DNA of 63,806 bases, taken from the NCBI RefSeq assembly GCF_001194135.2, contig NC_068983.1:77062494-77126299 (forward strand), in the 5' to 3' direction. Below, piece by piece: positions 13,630-27,790 of the stretch (the first letter of the stretch is position 1; each line of letters starts with the position of its first letter). Made by a program: the position numbers and the translations under genes. The notes beneath the pieces were generated by a model that worked only from the letters and a program-made list of their open reading frames with translations, was not told the origin of the DNA and did not search any database. Origin of the DNA: Octopus bimaculoides. Lineage: Eukaryota.

Positions 13630-14766
13630 CCGGGTGTAACAGTAAATTGTCACGTTCATAAATTCTTTAAACTTTAAAACCAATAAACTTATCGATTTCA
13701 AATATTTTCCAGATAAGACAAGTGGCCATACAGACACCAGAACAGTCTGAGCCAATCTCACCATGTCTTCCCAACTGAGTAATTTCAAGAGGGCTAAAAT
13801 CATTCAGACCGTCAGTAATTGCACCAACATTTATCCTCTGGCTCCGTCTTCAAAGAACCGCCAAAGGAATTGAGAATAAGTTTGAGAAGAGATCCAACTC
13901 GAACCATAAGACGGTTAGCATGTGAGAGAAGAGTTTCAGCTATGATAGTTGAAAGAATAGTGACAGAAGACGTCGTACGTGAGACCTATGAGGCAACTTG
14001 TTACCTCAAGTCTAAAGGTTTGTGGCTGGAGAGGGCGATCATCATCTTGAACAAAGTGAAACACAATCCCACAGAGGTATTTTACACAGATGAAAAGAAT
14101 TTCACCCACGGCCGTGTTATGGCCCCAGACCCTCAGGAAAGAGCCGAATATGTTCTTCTCAGGTGAAAAATACCTGCCGAGGTGCTCGTTTTCGACTGCG
14201 TGACCGTTGTTGGAAAGAAATGCTACTGAGCATGTTTTAAAAGGCTGAGAGATCGACAGGAGCTGTTATGTTCTAGTTTTGAAGGATTTAATGACCTGGA
14301 TTGTTTCTGAATATCCTGAGAAACAAGATCACTAAGGACGTCAAGCTCACCAGCAAGCATGATAAAGCTCCTCGTAACACAAGTGCAGTGGCTCAAAAAT
14401 TTTCAAGAGATGAGTTTGCAAACAGGTTTGGGGATAATGACACTTGAGCCCTTTCATCACCTGATTCGTACACTTTAGGCATCAGCGTCTGGAATGAGCT
14501 AGTCCGAAAAGCTTGTGAGAAGCCCCACGGTAACCTGAAAGCTCACAAAATCTTCATTTATAGAACGTGGGTGGAGGACATTGATGAAGAATTCATTAAC
14601 AAACCTTGTGATGCATTCAGGAAGAGGGTTGAGAAAGTCAATGCCAAAGGACGTGCAACTCCTTATGCCTAACATGCAGGATTTCGGTCAGGAATCTCTT
14701 TGGTGCCTTGAAATAAAATCTCAAGCTCCTATTCAGACTTTATTCCAATACTTTATGAGCACCCAA
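13630..14766 (+). mobile_element. Tc1/mariner maT (DD37D-like) transposon, decayed, near full length
   Basis: Begins TA|CCGGGTG after (TA)n; FYTDEKNFT (first D), HDKAP (second D), (W)ALSSPDSYTLG, then SVWNELVRKACEKPHGNLK...DEEFINKPCDAFRKRVEKV, the maT/Bmmar1-type C-terminus. Right TIR is poorly preserved. Confidence 0.8.
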
Positions 14767-17700
14767 TCCTGAACTCTGCTTAATTATTCATGAAAATATC
14801 ATTTTCGCCACTGTTCAACTTCATCACAATTCTTGCGGTCAGCTTCGAGAGTAAAAAGCATTCCTGAGATACAATGTTTCGAAGTTGAATCTAAAATTTG
14901 GACAATTTTGCTGATACACTCGTCTATTAGGACAAATGTGTACATGCACTTTACATGTATATATATATGTACACGTAAAAGCACGACTATAAGCACAAGG
15001 ATACACGAACAAACACACGCATATAACGTCTCGTAATACATTGTATGAGAGATTGTTTTCTAAATTACTCTACAAATGAGAATGCCGAAGGAACACAAAA
15101 ACTGAAGAGAAATGGTGATTTGTATAAAAGTAATAAAAAATAATGAGTAACAATAAAATAAAAAGAAGCCGACATAGGTGAACAAAAAATTATATCGATC
15201 AGTGATTTTTGTAGCGTTCCCGCTTTTAAGTGGCGTGGGAGGTATCACGGCAAAATTAACTTAACATGGAGGATAATTTACGAATTTTCTTCTACAACAG
15301 GATTGTATAAGCTTTCGGCAGTGAAATAAAAAACAAAAAAAAATATTACAAGGAAAAGGTGTAAATGTATTTTATGCATTGAAGATAAATGAAGTCCCTG
15401 CCCCTGATGCGATCTCATATCGTTTTAATAAAAATTACTAGTTTTATCATGTATAATATAATTACTACTATAGGTAAAATTTATGCTATCTCACTGCCCT
15501 TAAGGCTAACACCTCCTTCGACAGCCCAGCGAGGGAGTACTGCCCATGTTGTGCACCTTTAAGATCGATTAAGAAACAGAGATGCATGGTTGGATATTAA
15601 TGGAATGTCTGCTGTTAAAACTGTGGAAAAAAAAAATAATGGCTTAAACTAGAGTTAAGGTTTAAAATGCTGTACGTAATTCCTTGTAGTCATAAATTTT
15701 GTATGTATACGAGCAAACCGTTCAAATGTTTTGTATTTGCAATTAATGCTGCCATTTCGTTGCCTTCATTGATGTGTTATTACATGTTTCCAATCAGCAG
15801 TGGACAACATATGTTTTCTTACAAATCTCGTATACTTTGTATCAAACATTTTTATAACTTACACTCTTATCAGAAGCAATGCTTTCAATGGCATGGCGGA
15901 GCTATGATTCAAATATTTTTGCTCCTTCAAATGCCTACCTTTCGAAAATTGGTCATTATTAGTAAAAAGGATTCTATAATTAAATATAGGTGGGTAACCT
16001 TAGGTTTCTTCTCTCACAATGTGTAATTCTTATTGTACATAAACGTCTCGTATGTCTGAAATATGTATGTAATATTGCAAAAAACATTTCCTGTTCAAGT
16101 ATATTCCGAATTTTGAACAAAAGCATATGGGTCTTAGATGGATGATAACTTAATAATTTCAAGAGAAATATGAACAAATTAACTATGAACTATCCTTGAA
16201 TACCATGAGGTAAAGTGGAAAAAATTAAACACAGAAACTTTGAGAGGTAATTATGTAAGAAAGGTATAGATTAAAATAAAATGAAAAACGAGAAAAAAAT
16301 CGAAAATAATTAAGAATCAATATTGTGTTTCTCGAATATTTTTGTATGACATTCGTCATGTATTTGGAAGTCTTGATTGTCTTCTCTACATTTTTGGTAT
16401 TTTGTTTATATATTTAATAATGATTTGCGAGGTGAAGTTTTTACTGTTTTATTCTATATTTTATGGTTTTCATTTCCCCAGGCAACAAATTTCCTCACGA
16501 TTGCAGTGTAAAATTGCTGAGTATTAATCTCGTTATAGATATTAGCATTATCATCCTCCTCCTCCTCGTCATCATCATCCTCTTCATCACCGTCGTTGTC
16601 ATCGTCGTCGTCGTCACCGTTGTTGTTGTTCTTCCTCCTCTTCATTATTATTATTGTAGTTATGGTTTTTATAACGAACAAGATTTCACCACTTTCATGT
16701 GATTCAAAATTTTCTTGAATCACCAGCTGCAACTCCTTTTCCTGATGTATTAAGAACATTATATATATATATATATATNNNNNNNNNNNNNNNNNNNNNN
16801 NNNNNNNNNNNNNNNNNNNNNNNNNNNNNNNNNNNNNNNNNNNNNNNNNNNNNNNNNNNNNNNNNNNNNNNNNNNNNNNNNNNNNNNNNNNNNNNNNNNN
16901 NNNNNNNNNNNNNNNNNNNNNNNNNNNNNNNNNNNNNNNNNNNNNNNNNNNNNNNNNNNNNNNNNNNNNNNNNNNNNNNNNNNNNNNNNNNNNNNNNNNN
17001 NNNNNNNNNNNNNNNNNNNNNNNNNNNNNNNNNNNNNNNNNNNNNNNNNNNNNNNNNNNNNNNNNNNNNNNNNNNNNNNNNNNNNNNNNNNNNNNNNNNN
17101 NNNNNNNNNNNNNNNNNNNNNNNNNNNNNNNNNNNNNNNNNNNNNATATATATATATGTATATATGGGAGAATTTACGTAAAAAACAACAACAGACGAGG
17201 ACAGGTGGTGTAAACAACAAAAGGATGTATTAGTTTAACACTCAAATGGGACAAGAACGCAAGACATCCAGACAGGTGAGGCAAGAAAGGGACAACAAAA
17301 CATCCAAATAAACGATGCAAAGAAAACAAGGACAGGTCATTCGGAGTTTTCTTTCCTCAGTCGAGATGCAGATTATCTTTGCAATCGCCATGAATTTGCT
17401 TGAAACAAAATATATTTATTGACTTTCTAGATGAACAACACGATATATTGCAGCCAGGCAAATGTTGCACTTCCAGTGACTTGCGATAATGACAGATGCG
17501 TCTGGAATTTGGAAATGCTGTACTTTCGACTTTTCCATATTGTAACCGTATACGCATGCATTAATACACCTAGATGCATATTTATTTTAAAGCTTACTGA
17601 ATTAGCTATACAATTTGTTTTACATAGCACAGCAATCTTACGCTCTACCATTAGATGTCATATTCTCTTTTTCCAATATACATAAACAAGTATCTTGTTT

Positions 17701-18176
17701 AAGCTGGTAAAACTTGAGTGAACGGCGTTGGAAAGTCTAAACAAAGTTGAAATGTGTCTGTAATGGACGTGCGTCATTGCACTCACCATGATTATCTTCC
17801 TGAGATACACACTGGGATTTGCTAAGACAACTTTTTTTCTCTCAAAGTCCACGGCATTATGTCTTTATTTTCTGCTTATACATTTACCTACGAAAAGCAG
17901 CTATTCCTCAAAATATGCTTCGTGGTATTCACTTGTCTCTTTTCATCGTTGCTCCAGAAGCACAGTTCCATATTTTTACTATTTGCCTGTTTAGAGTAAC
18001 AAAAAAACACACCCTACATCTATTTTCTGCCGATGGGAGAAGAGGAGGTAGAAGAATAAGAGATAGAAAGAGAGAGAAACGAAAGTATAAAGATATTGTA
18101 TATAGTGCGCATCAGAATTATCAAGGTTAAACTTACTTGCAAGAGAATGTGTGGCGTTCAGTCATATAAGGATATA

Positions 18177-18213
<37 letters not shown>

Positions 18214-18479
18214 NNNNNNNNNNNNNNNNNNNNNNNNNNNNNNNNNNNNNNNNNNNNNNNNNNNNNNNNNNNNNNNNNNNNNNNNNNNNNNNNNNNNNNN
18301 NNNNNNNNNNNNNNNNNNNNNNNNNNNNNNNNNNNNNNNNNNNNNNNNNNNNNNNNNNNNNNNNNNNNNNNNNNNNNNNNNNNNNNNNNNNNNNNNNNNN
18401 NNNNNNNNNNNNNNNNNNNNNNNNNNNNNNNNNNNNNNNNNNNNNNNNNNNNNNNNNNNNNNNNNNNNNNNNNNNNNAT

Positions 18480-18655
18480 ATATTCTTTTACTCTTTTACT
18501 TGTTTCAGTCATTTGACTGCGGACTTGCTGGGGCATCGTCTTTAGTCGAGCAAATCGATCCAAGGACTAATTCTTTGTAAGCCTAGTACTTATTCTATGG
18601 GTCTTTTTGCCGAAATGCTAAGTCACGGGGACGTAAACGCACGACCATCCGTTTG
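18480..18655 (-). mobile_element. SINE family B, 3' end
   Basis: ttttactcttttacttgtttcagtcatttgactgcgg...gtaagcctagtacttattcta matches the copies at 23460 and 24815. Confidence 0.85.
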
Positions 18656-19349
18656 CCTTTTTGTCTTTTGGGTTTGAACATTGGGATCGATGTCATAGTC
18701 CGAATGGGGGTGCCCCATTGCTCGTTAGGTGCTGTAAATATCCAAAATCAATGATTAAACAGTGAGTTATTTAAGCAAATAGGCGTATTTTGAAACTATC
18801 TTCAGATGTAGCGACTGCCAAAATATCAGCCCCATATTACAACTGCGCATTACAAAAAATGTCACTTGTGTTGCACTTACAAACACAAAAGTGCTTTTCC
18901 GTAAGGTATGTTGTATGTGAATTTATGTAATGCTATGTGTCAATGTATTCGTATTTTGCAACTAAGCCTTATTGGCAGCAAATTCTACAAGTATATGTTC
19001 CCCCGATAATTCTATATGTTTGTTTGGAAATATCTTAAGAAAGTATAAATTTACCTGGCGCTTATTATTCGTGCGCACGCTGCACTTTACCTATATAAAG
19101 AGATGCAGAGTCACCTCCTTCATACCTCCATTCCAACTCCGTCTCTTCACATATTTTTCCTTCTCGTTTAGTACCTGACTTTTTCTGCACTGGCTATGAA
19201 TTTAATAAGATTCCATGTGTGTTTATAATTTTAAATGTATTAAGTGAGAAAGATTTGCGTAAGGGAAGTATACCCTATTTATATAATGAAAAGCGAACGT
19301 AATATATGCTTTCAAAATGTGAATTTCTTCAACTACATTATTGTATATA

Positions 19350-20586
19350 CGAGGTGGTATCCGAAAAATCCTGAATTTTGCAATATTATTTTATTCACTT
19401 AGTTTTACATATCTACGCTTTTATCCCATTCAACGTATTCCATTTGAGGCAGTATATCAGCGGTCCAGATGCCTTCTCCACTGTCCCAGGCAGTCCTGGG
19501 ACTCTAGCGGAGAGATGCTGTTTAATGCCTTAATCGTTTTCTTTTTCCTCACCTCTTCCACATTTTTCTTTAAGAACATTTGCATTTCTAGGAACACAAA
19601 AAGTTGCAGGAGTCAAGGTCGGCTTAAAAGGGAATGTGGGTAAGTGGGATCATGCCATTTTTTGTCAAAAACTATCTCCCATTTAAGGCGGTGTGCGCAG
19701 ACGCATTGTCGTGATGAAACCACCACTCTCCACTTTGCCACATTTCGGAGAGTGTTGGTCTCGCCGCATCTCGCAAAAACTTCAGAACTGCCAAGCAAAA
19801 TGTCTGGTTAAAAGTTTGACCAAGGGGAAGAATTCTATGTGAACAATTCCTTTCACATCGATGAAACAAATGAGCATCGCCTTGATACTGGACGCGCTTT
19901 CTGGGGCGTAGTGACATCTAATGCTTCCATTGACTTGATTGCTGTCGCGTTTCTGAGTCGTATCCGTAGCACCAGCTTTCGTCACCAGTGATAACCTTCT
20001 AAAAATGATCCGGATCAACTTCCATCTGTCTTTTCAGTTCACAACATAAATTCAGTCGTGACTGCCTTTGATCATCCGTGAGCAAACGAGGTACAAGTCT
20101 TGCTGCATCTTATTTTATTTGCAAGTTCTCGCTCAAAAGCCGTTGGCAGGGGCTCCAACACACACTGGTCATATCAAGAAGTTCTTCAAGATCAATTCAT
20201 GAATTTTCGTGATGATTTCATTCATTCGGGTGGTCGACAGTCACCCTGAACGAGGTTGGTCTTCAAGTGACAAGTGACCGTTCCCAAAGCATGGAAACCA
20301 CCCTTAAACTTGTGTTTTGGTCATGACAACATCGTTGTTAGCTATTTGTAACATAACAACTGTTTCGGCTGCCATTTCCCCCAGCAGAAACCAGAATTCT
20401 TCGGAATCATGCTGTTCCTTCGTTTCAGCCATCGCAAACAAGGGCGAATAGGGGAGAAGTACCACAACAAACGACAACGCTGAACGGCAGACTGATGCCT
20501 GACGATTGCATGAATTGGCTTCTGGCGACGGAAGCCTACACTGCAGCGGCTTTGTCCGTCAGAAAACGTTTTCGGGTACTTTGGGT
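19350..20586 (-). mobile_element. Mariner (DD34D) transposon, near full length, pseudogenised
   Basis: TA|CGAGGTGGTATCC terminus; minus strand gives ITGDESWCYGYD..RQQSSQW, MLICFIDVKGIVHIEF, HHDNASAH...HIPF*ADLDSCN. Exactly 34 residues separate the second D from the third position (now N). Confidence 0.9.
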
Positions 20587-20826
20587 ATATATATATATAT
20601 NNNNNNNNNNNNNNNNNNNNNNNNNNNNNNNNNNNNNNNNNNNNNNNNNNNNNNNNNNNNNNNNNNNNNNNNNNNNNNNNNNNNNNNNNNNNNNNNNNNN
20701 NNNNNNNNNNNNNNNNNNNNNNNNNNNNNNNNNNNNNNNNNNNNNNNNNNNNNNNNNNNNNNNNNNNNNNNNNNNNNNNNNNNNNNNNNNNNNNNNNNNN
20801 NNNNNNNNNNNNNNNNNNNNNNNNNN

Positions 20827-20863
<37 letters not shown>

Positions 20864-23459
20864 TGCGCGTGACAAATTTCCTTGCCTGCTACCAAGTCTG
20901 CCGCTACCAGTCAGTAAGTATTTGAAGTGCTAATTGTTGCTGGTATGTTCGAACTCTCCCCGACCTATCACATATATATTTATCGATATGTCAACAGGTA
21001 TATAGAGAATATTGCCGGAACGAGGTTGGATTCCTAATGCAGAGACACGAAAAATGTACAAAGCATCTTCTTGAACAGTCCCTCGATTGTTCTTTGTCAA
21101 AAACTGATTAACGGTATAGTTGTCTGAGGCAGAACGTGAACTAAGTAGAGATACTACGGCTTGTTGCAGCCAAAACTCCTAAGGCTTTGCACATTCATCA
21201 CCAGAGCGCATAGTAATTAATGTTATTCATCATGTCTGTACCGTGTGCAATGTGTATGACAAGATCAATAGTGGAAAAACGTAATCAATAAGCCATACGA
21301 CGTGGGAAATGTACCATAAAACCTCTCAGAGAAGGTTAGAAATTTACGTAAACCGTGTCTATTAGTTAATATATCACATCTATTAGTCTCACATAATGCA
21401 CTCTGCCTTGTTCAATAGATATAGTATAATTCAAACATGTATTGTCAAACAGGACACTGTCAAAAATATTTGTTTATGGATATCTAATAGAGGAATAATA
21501 CGCGACTGTCGTGCACAAGTTTCGTATTTATCATATTGACGCACTGTGTCTATAGATAGCGAATACTGATCCTCTTGTATGATTCCAACCTTTATTTGGT
21601 ATTGGATTAGAAAAGCAATGTCATCCATTCTTAGGTATTAATGTACAAATGTACAAGCAGAAATAACAGAAATATCCTCTGATACTAATATCACAACCCC
21701 GTCTGCTTGAGTTACATAAAATGCAATATAACCATCCTTAAAATATAAAATATCTGTATTTTTATACCTCAGATAAAAACTATTATTCAATACCTCGTTG
21801 TACTCACAATCTTAAGCAATATGATTCGAGCCAGCAACACCAATACCACTAGTACCATTTACTCAATCACTTCAAAATCCCACTCTCAGCCCAGATAGAA
21901 CCAAACATTAACCATGCTACAAATGCCACCACATCAAAATTTCCTCTCGTTGCCGGTACCTCCATCACAAACACTTTAACGTCCCTCACCATACATAACA
22001 TCATCGCCATTGAAATGCAACTTCGTGTAGCACTTACGGGACTGTTAGAAATCACATCCTCATGATCTCACTAGTTCTACACTATTAATAATTTCATCAT
22101 AATGCAAAAATCAATAAACAATATACGATCAACACCCCTACTATTAAATCCGGCTTTCATCACCTTCAGTTGTTGTGGCTGCATGTCACATGTTGAGTGT
22201 TGATATCTTACTGACTTAGTGCTAGTACGAACGTAATATCTTTACATTTTAACACTTCAGTTTCTACAACAATTGGATATGCTTCACTGAAGTGGTACAA
22301 TAATCGTTCTTCAATTAATAGACGTCTGTTTCCTCCTGTGCCTATCACTACAGCATCTCGTTAGATTACATAAGTATATTAAAGTCTGATCTTATTCCAT
22401 TTTTTGCCAATGTCAATCTTATAATTTCCAACAAAACATTAGCTCCATCGATCTCGAAGCCGTTTCTCTGTCTAATCAATAAAACAAAAGTCAAAGCACA
22501 ACCAGCACATAATAGTAGTAGAAATACTATATTCCTTTCGTAACTATTTCAAATGTTGTTATAAACAGCATAAAATGCGCATTTCTATTCATTCGATTAT
22601 TTACTTCCTGACATCAATCAAAATAAATTTTATGATGTGATCTGAAAACATCGGTTTCCACTGCTGGTTTTGTAACATGCAATGCTATACGCTATTTTTT
22701 GAATGGAAGTATTATATCGTTTGTTTTGACATTTTATGTACTTAAAATATTAATAAAATTGAAGTTAATATTTTGGGATTTGTTATTATTGGAACTTTTA
22801 CAATCATTAAACGCATTGCAATCATGAGGAATTATATTTCTATTTTTTCATCAAAGATACGATTAGGTTTTATTAAATACAGTCAATATTTTTAAGCCAA
22901 AACAAAAGGAAGCAAAAACAATATGAAACAATGGTTTTATAACAATAGCACAGCGCAATAACATATATCACACGTATCCACCGAAAGATAAATGAAAAAA
23001 GTAGATTCAACAATCAAAGAAAATCAGGGCGCTTGTGCACCGGGTTTTGGCAAACTGTGATGAAAAATTTAAGTCTTCGTCTAAATATGAAAACAAGGTT
23101 CTTAAAGAGTAAACTAATCGAATATGAAACACATCACTGTTCTAATTCGATACATGATTAATTTCGCTGCGTGGTTGAATAACCAAACTATATTTGAACG
23201 TTAGGCATATATTTATGTAAGATGATTTTTATTTTTTATTTCTTATATTTAACTAAAACTATATATTAATATGCTCTTCATTACCACCAAAATACACAGT
23301 CTTGACTAATCATGTAAACAAATCATGCACAGCTATGACTTCACCAACGGTGGATCTGCCAAATTCCACATGCACAAAATTTCAATTGAATTCACACTTT
23401 TTCAGAAGATATTTGCTGCAGATTTCTTCCAACAATATTCAATTTGTAAAGGTACTATT

Positions 23460-23703
23460 TTTTTATCTTTCGATTTTTTCAGTCATTAGACTACGTTAAT
23501 GGTGGGGCGCCGCCTTGAGGAATTTTAATGGAACAAATGGACCTCAGTATTAATTTCTTTAGGGCTTGGTATGTATTATGTAGAACATTAGTTTTACTGT
23601 TACGTTTCATGGACGTAAACACACTAGCACCGCTTGTCTAGGGATGGTGGGCGACAAACACAGGCACAACCATATAGATACACATACACTCACACACACA
23701 CAC

Positions 23704-23739
<36 letters not shown>

Positions 23740-23970
23740 ATATATATATATATAAATATATACACACACACACAAGCACACATAAACAAACATGCAACAC
23801 ACATACGTGCGATTGCCTTCTCTCATTCTCACAAACAAATCCACTCACAAAGCTTTGATTAGGCTGTGACTATTGGGGAAAACACTTGTCCAAGTGCCAC
23901 GCAGTGATATTGAGCAGGAAACCACGTGATTAGGGTACACATTTCTTACGACACAGCCACGCCTGCGCCT
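23460..23970 (-). mobile_element. SINE family B, full length with internal (CA)n expansion
   Basis: Head aggcgcaggcgtggctgtgtcgtaag (A-box-like), cacttggacaagtg body and cagtcattagact tail; same family as 3541, 18480 and 24815. Confidence 0.85.
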
Positions 23971-23974
23971 ACTG

Positions 23975-24065
23975 CCATCATTATCATCATCATCATCATC
24001 ATCAAAAACATCATCATCATCATCATCATAATCATCGTCGTCATCATCATCATCATCGTCAGCAT
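23975..24065. repeat. (CAT)n microsatellite
   Basis: Directly visible. Confidence 0.95.
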
Positions 24066-24814
24066 AAACATCACTATTTGCTGCACTACATCATGCGTAA
24101 TGCCGTCATGGTTGGTTGCATTTTCAACCCAAAATTGCTACCACCGTCAAGAGAGTCATCGTAACCATTGTCTTATATTTCATCAGGTATGTCTTAAAAC
24201 AGCTGGAGATCGATTGAGAGATTTAGAGAAATTCGCAATATAATACACGTTAATGTTTACTAATTCCCTTTTGTGGCAAAATATTTAAATCTTCTGATAC
24301 GACAGCATAATACTCATGAAAACAATAATTTATCCATCTATTACGAACACAGGTTAGTTTGCTAGTAAGGCAACCAATCGGTCTTAGAACTTACCTGAAT
24401 TGCTCTAGTACATTTCTCATTCTTATGCTAAACTGTTAATGTTCTTAAGGCACTTAGATTGTAAACTTACCGCCTCACATGAACGTTTGTAAGTGATAGT
24501 AGACAATTGTCTTAGATTGGTGCAATTTTAAATCGGAATCGATGGGAGAAATTGTATAGTTTTAGATAAATAATAAATAAGCAAAGACAATATGTGAGTA
24601 TAGGCTATAAAAATAGTGAAAGCCAATGGATACATAAAATCGCAGCAAAAGTAAAACGACGCAAAAATTATAGCAATTTAGAAATGATAATAGTAATCTT
24701 GACAATGAACAGCTAAGAATATAACGAATAAAGTGACTTCAAGGTGATCTCCATGGAGATTATGTAAACCTAGCAGAGAGATACCCAGCTTTGCTCGGGA
24801 TTAAGATGTCATGG

Positions 24815-25075
24815 CTTTTTTATTGTTTTGCTTGTTTCAGTCATGTGACTGAGACTATGCTGGGGCACCGCTGTTAGTCGAACAAACCGACCACATGATT
24901 TATTCTTTGTAAGCCTTGTACTTGTTTTATCAGTGTCCACTAAATTATGGGAGCATAAACACAGCAACATCAGTTGTGAAGCTATGGTGGGGATACAAAC
25001 ACAGACAGACGCAGATAAATATACACATATATAGGACACTCTTCTTTCAGTTTCCGTGTACGAGATCCACTGAAG
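24815..25075 (-). mobile_element. SINE family B, 5'-truncated
   Basis: cttgtttcagtcatgtgact...ctttgtaagcct...ctttcagtttccgt..ac.agatccact. Confidence 0.8.
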
Positions 25076-25439
25076 TCAGGTTGCTCATACCACACGTTTA
25101 TACGTTTCCTGTTTTGACAAAATAACACGAATTGTCCAATTTGAGGACTAAAAACCCTTTTGTATGAGTGAAATGGTGGATATGATGTCCTGACTTTTTA
25201 AGTAAGTTGAGGCTCACATGCGAATATTCCCTTTCTTAGAAGACTGATATAGAGATCCTGAACCTCCTATACGAGTTAATGCTCATGTAGTAACTTAACG
25301 TAAATCTGATCACTCCGAAGTATTCGCAAGTTAAGAGGAAGCATTCTGATAAGTTAAATCTTGTATATAAGTAGTAGCTTGTGTAAAGGAAGTTTGATTG
25401 TCAGCCAGTATATCTATAGTTAATAAGATATCTGTTTAT

Positions 25440-25898
25440 AGCCATGAAACATTTTTCGTCAAATTTCGACGTTTTTCAAAAATTTAAAATTTATATTAAT
25501 GGGTAGGACCAATTTGACGAAAAAACGAGCAGAGTTTGGTACTCAACCCGTATCGTCGTCATTTTTGTGTATGTGCGTAAAATGGCGAAATTTTACTCTT
25601 TGGCACATATTTCGGGAAATCGATGTCACGACGGCTAGAGTGCAAAATGCCTAAATTGTGTTTGAGAAATAAAATGAATTTACCTATTTAATACCGGCAT
25701 TTTTCGTCAAATTGTTGCTACGATGGTTCGTGCGAAAATGCCGAAATTTTACGAGTCTTGAGAAATCAATGCCGATAAGAAAACGATTTTTTAAAAAATT
25801 TCAATTGCGTAAGTGACCGGATGGGCATAAGTCCCACACACGGAGGAGTTAAAGTAACAAATTCACAAGCACACAAACTTGCCATTTATTATTATAGA
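25440..25898 (-). mobile_element. Helitron/Helentron-like non-autonomous element (5' end recognisable)
   Basis: Minus strand begins A|TCTATAATAATAAATGGCAAGTTTGTGTG...TTACTTTAACTCC, a TC-start Helitron-type terminus. Internal 14-bp inverted repeat (25452-25465 / 25511-25524) and degenerate direct repeats. No clear 3' CTRR end. Confidence 0.5.
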
Positions 25899-26934
25899 TT
25901 AAGAGAAGTATAGTCGGTCTTATATTAGCAATTAAGAGCAATTATTATGGTATACGAATCCTATAGAATAGCTTAATACAAAACCTGCAATATGTAAACT
26001 CTAGACAAGGAAAATATAGATGTGTTTAATCATATAGACATCTGATACAATGCTTCAGAATAACAAAACAAGAGAATCATTGATTAAGAATATCTATTAC
26101 AGTTTGTGCATTACTGAATGTGTGGTAGCCTTCTCGGCTTTGAAGGGAAGCGTTTGTGAAATTTCTCGCTGAAAAAGTTGCCTTAATTCGTAGTGTACAT
26201 TAGCTCTCGCCTTCAACGAAATCGATATTTATCCGTACAGGCGCATGGCGTGTCAAACGTCAGATGTCGATGTGATCGCTGAGCAACATAAGATGAAATG
26301 ATATGCTCAAAATCTCGACGCACCGCCCAATCAACAATTCGAAATCACTATCATGTGAGGGCAGAGCCTTAAATTCACTAGGGAAAGCGCTCTCACACCA
26401 TTAAATGTATTGTATTGAGGATACATTTGATGAAATGTGTTAACATTTTTTAATTACAAATACGAAACGAACTATTTATTAAATGTGATCATATTGAACA
26501 TAATGCAAATATAAAGATAGAATATTGCAATATATAAATCTTTATTATAATAATGCAAATACGTAAGTGTAATGTTTAGAAAGAGACGAGCATTAAAGCA
26601 GAGGAATAGAAAAAGGGAAGATTCTTATATGAGCTACGTCTAAAGTGACGTGAAGTCATTATAAAACCTTGTATGTTTCTATTCACAGAAGAGACACGAT
26701 GCACGACTGGTAATGATTCTTTACACATTGCGCAAATGAACTTGTGTGTAGCAAATTTTAATTTTCAGATATTTGAGCAATATAGTAATGCGATCCACAC
26801 TTGCACTTTGTATAAGGACAATACCGAGTCAGAAATAAATTACATGATTCTTACTCCACAGAGAAAATCTAGTATTGGAGAATAAAGCTTTGTCAATCAT
26901 TTGTGTGTGAGATTACCATATTTTTTTTATTAAG

Positions 26935-26984
26935 GCTGACATTCCAATTCATCATTGTATCTGCACTATGAGTTAAAACCTCAG
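26935..26984 (+). other. Candidate small non-coding exon
   Basis: ttttttttattaag| acceptor and consensus donor CAG|gtaagt; an alternative acceptor exists at 26768. Confidence 0.3.
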
Positions 26985-27629
26985 GTAAGTCTGCTGTTAT
27001 ACATTTCGAGATATAAGAATTGTGAGATTAAATTGCTAAACTACATATATCTTCATAAGAAAATAATAAAAAAAAACAACTTAAATCGTGTGTTTCTAGA
27101 ACATGAACGATAATCTAGAAAATATGATACAGAGCTGTACATTTCTGTTGCAAATATTTGAACTTAAAATGTGTTTTGGCTAACGTTTTTCAAATAGTAT
27201 TACGCATTCATTTAAGCCGTTTTCATACCTCCTTTCAAACATAGCATATTTAAATTATAAATATAACCATTATTAAACATGTTAAATAACAAGTATTTAA
27301 CTATTCTTATGATGCGACGTAGCATAAACTATATCACATAGAAAGTTTAACTTAATTCCATATATAATAACTATAATTTGAAAATTGTCATTTTCTTCGC
27401 GTTCTCATTTACTCAATATTTTGAAGCATAATACTCTACATGTTACAGTTAAATATTCAAGAAAGGAAGAAAGTAAACTAAGATACTTGTCATATCAAAA
27501 TTTCGTATTTATTAATAGTGTAAAAGGTTGTTAACGATGAAGGAATACACTAATCTGCATACCCACCATGTCTAAATATATGCATACATACAAACATTTA
27601 TATGCGCGCACAGAGATAGAGAGAGAGAG

Positions 27630-27790
27630 AGATGGTATAAAAGGGATAAATTATCCTGGCGGATAACGGATTATCTTGCAAATTAGTATAGTTAACAGTT
27701 ATCTGCAATGGTTCAATTACATACTACTCAAGCTTAAAGGAGATACTGGTACTGGTGAGCGTCACTCATTGGTTAGTTCCGTGTTCCTGT
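27630..27790 (+). promoter_or_regulatory. Candidate TATA promoter with GATA-site cluster
   Basis: TATAAAAG at 27636-27643; five GATAA/TTATC motifs in 27644-27710; agcgtca, attgg and ttccg motifs at 27755-27782. Motif evidence only. Confidence 0.25.

Noticed and set aside
15495-15560. acc-tccttcg-aca resembling an HDV-like L3 loop
   Set aside because: P3 cannot pair and no P1/P2 partners were found.
23010-23110. IRALVHRVLANC resembling a Penelope thumb motif
   Set aside because: Isolated short match with no flanking support.
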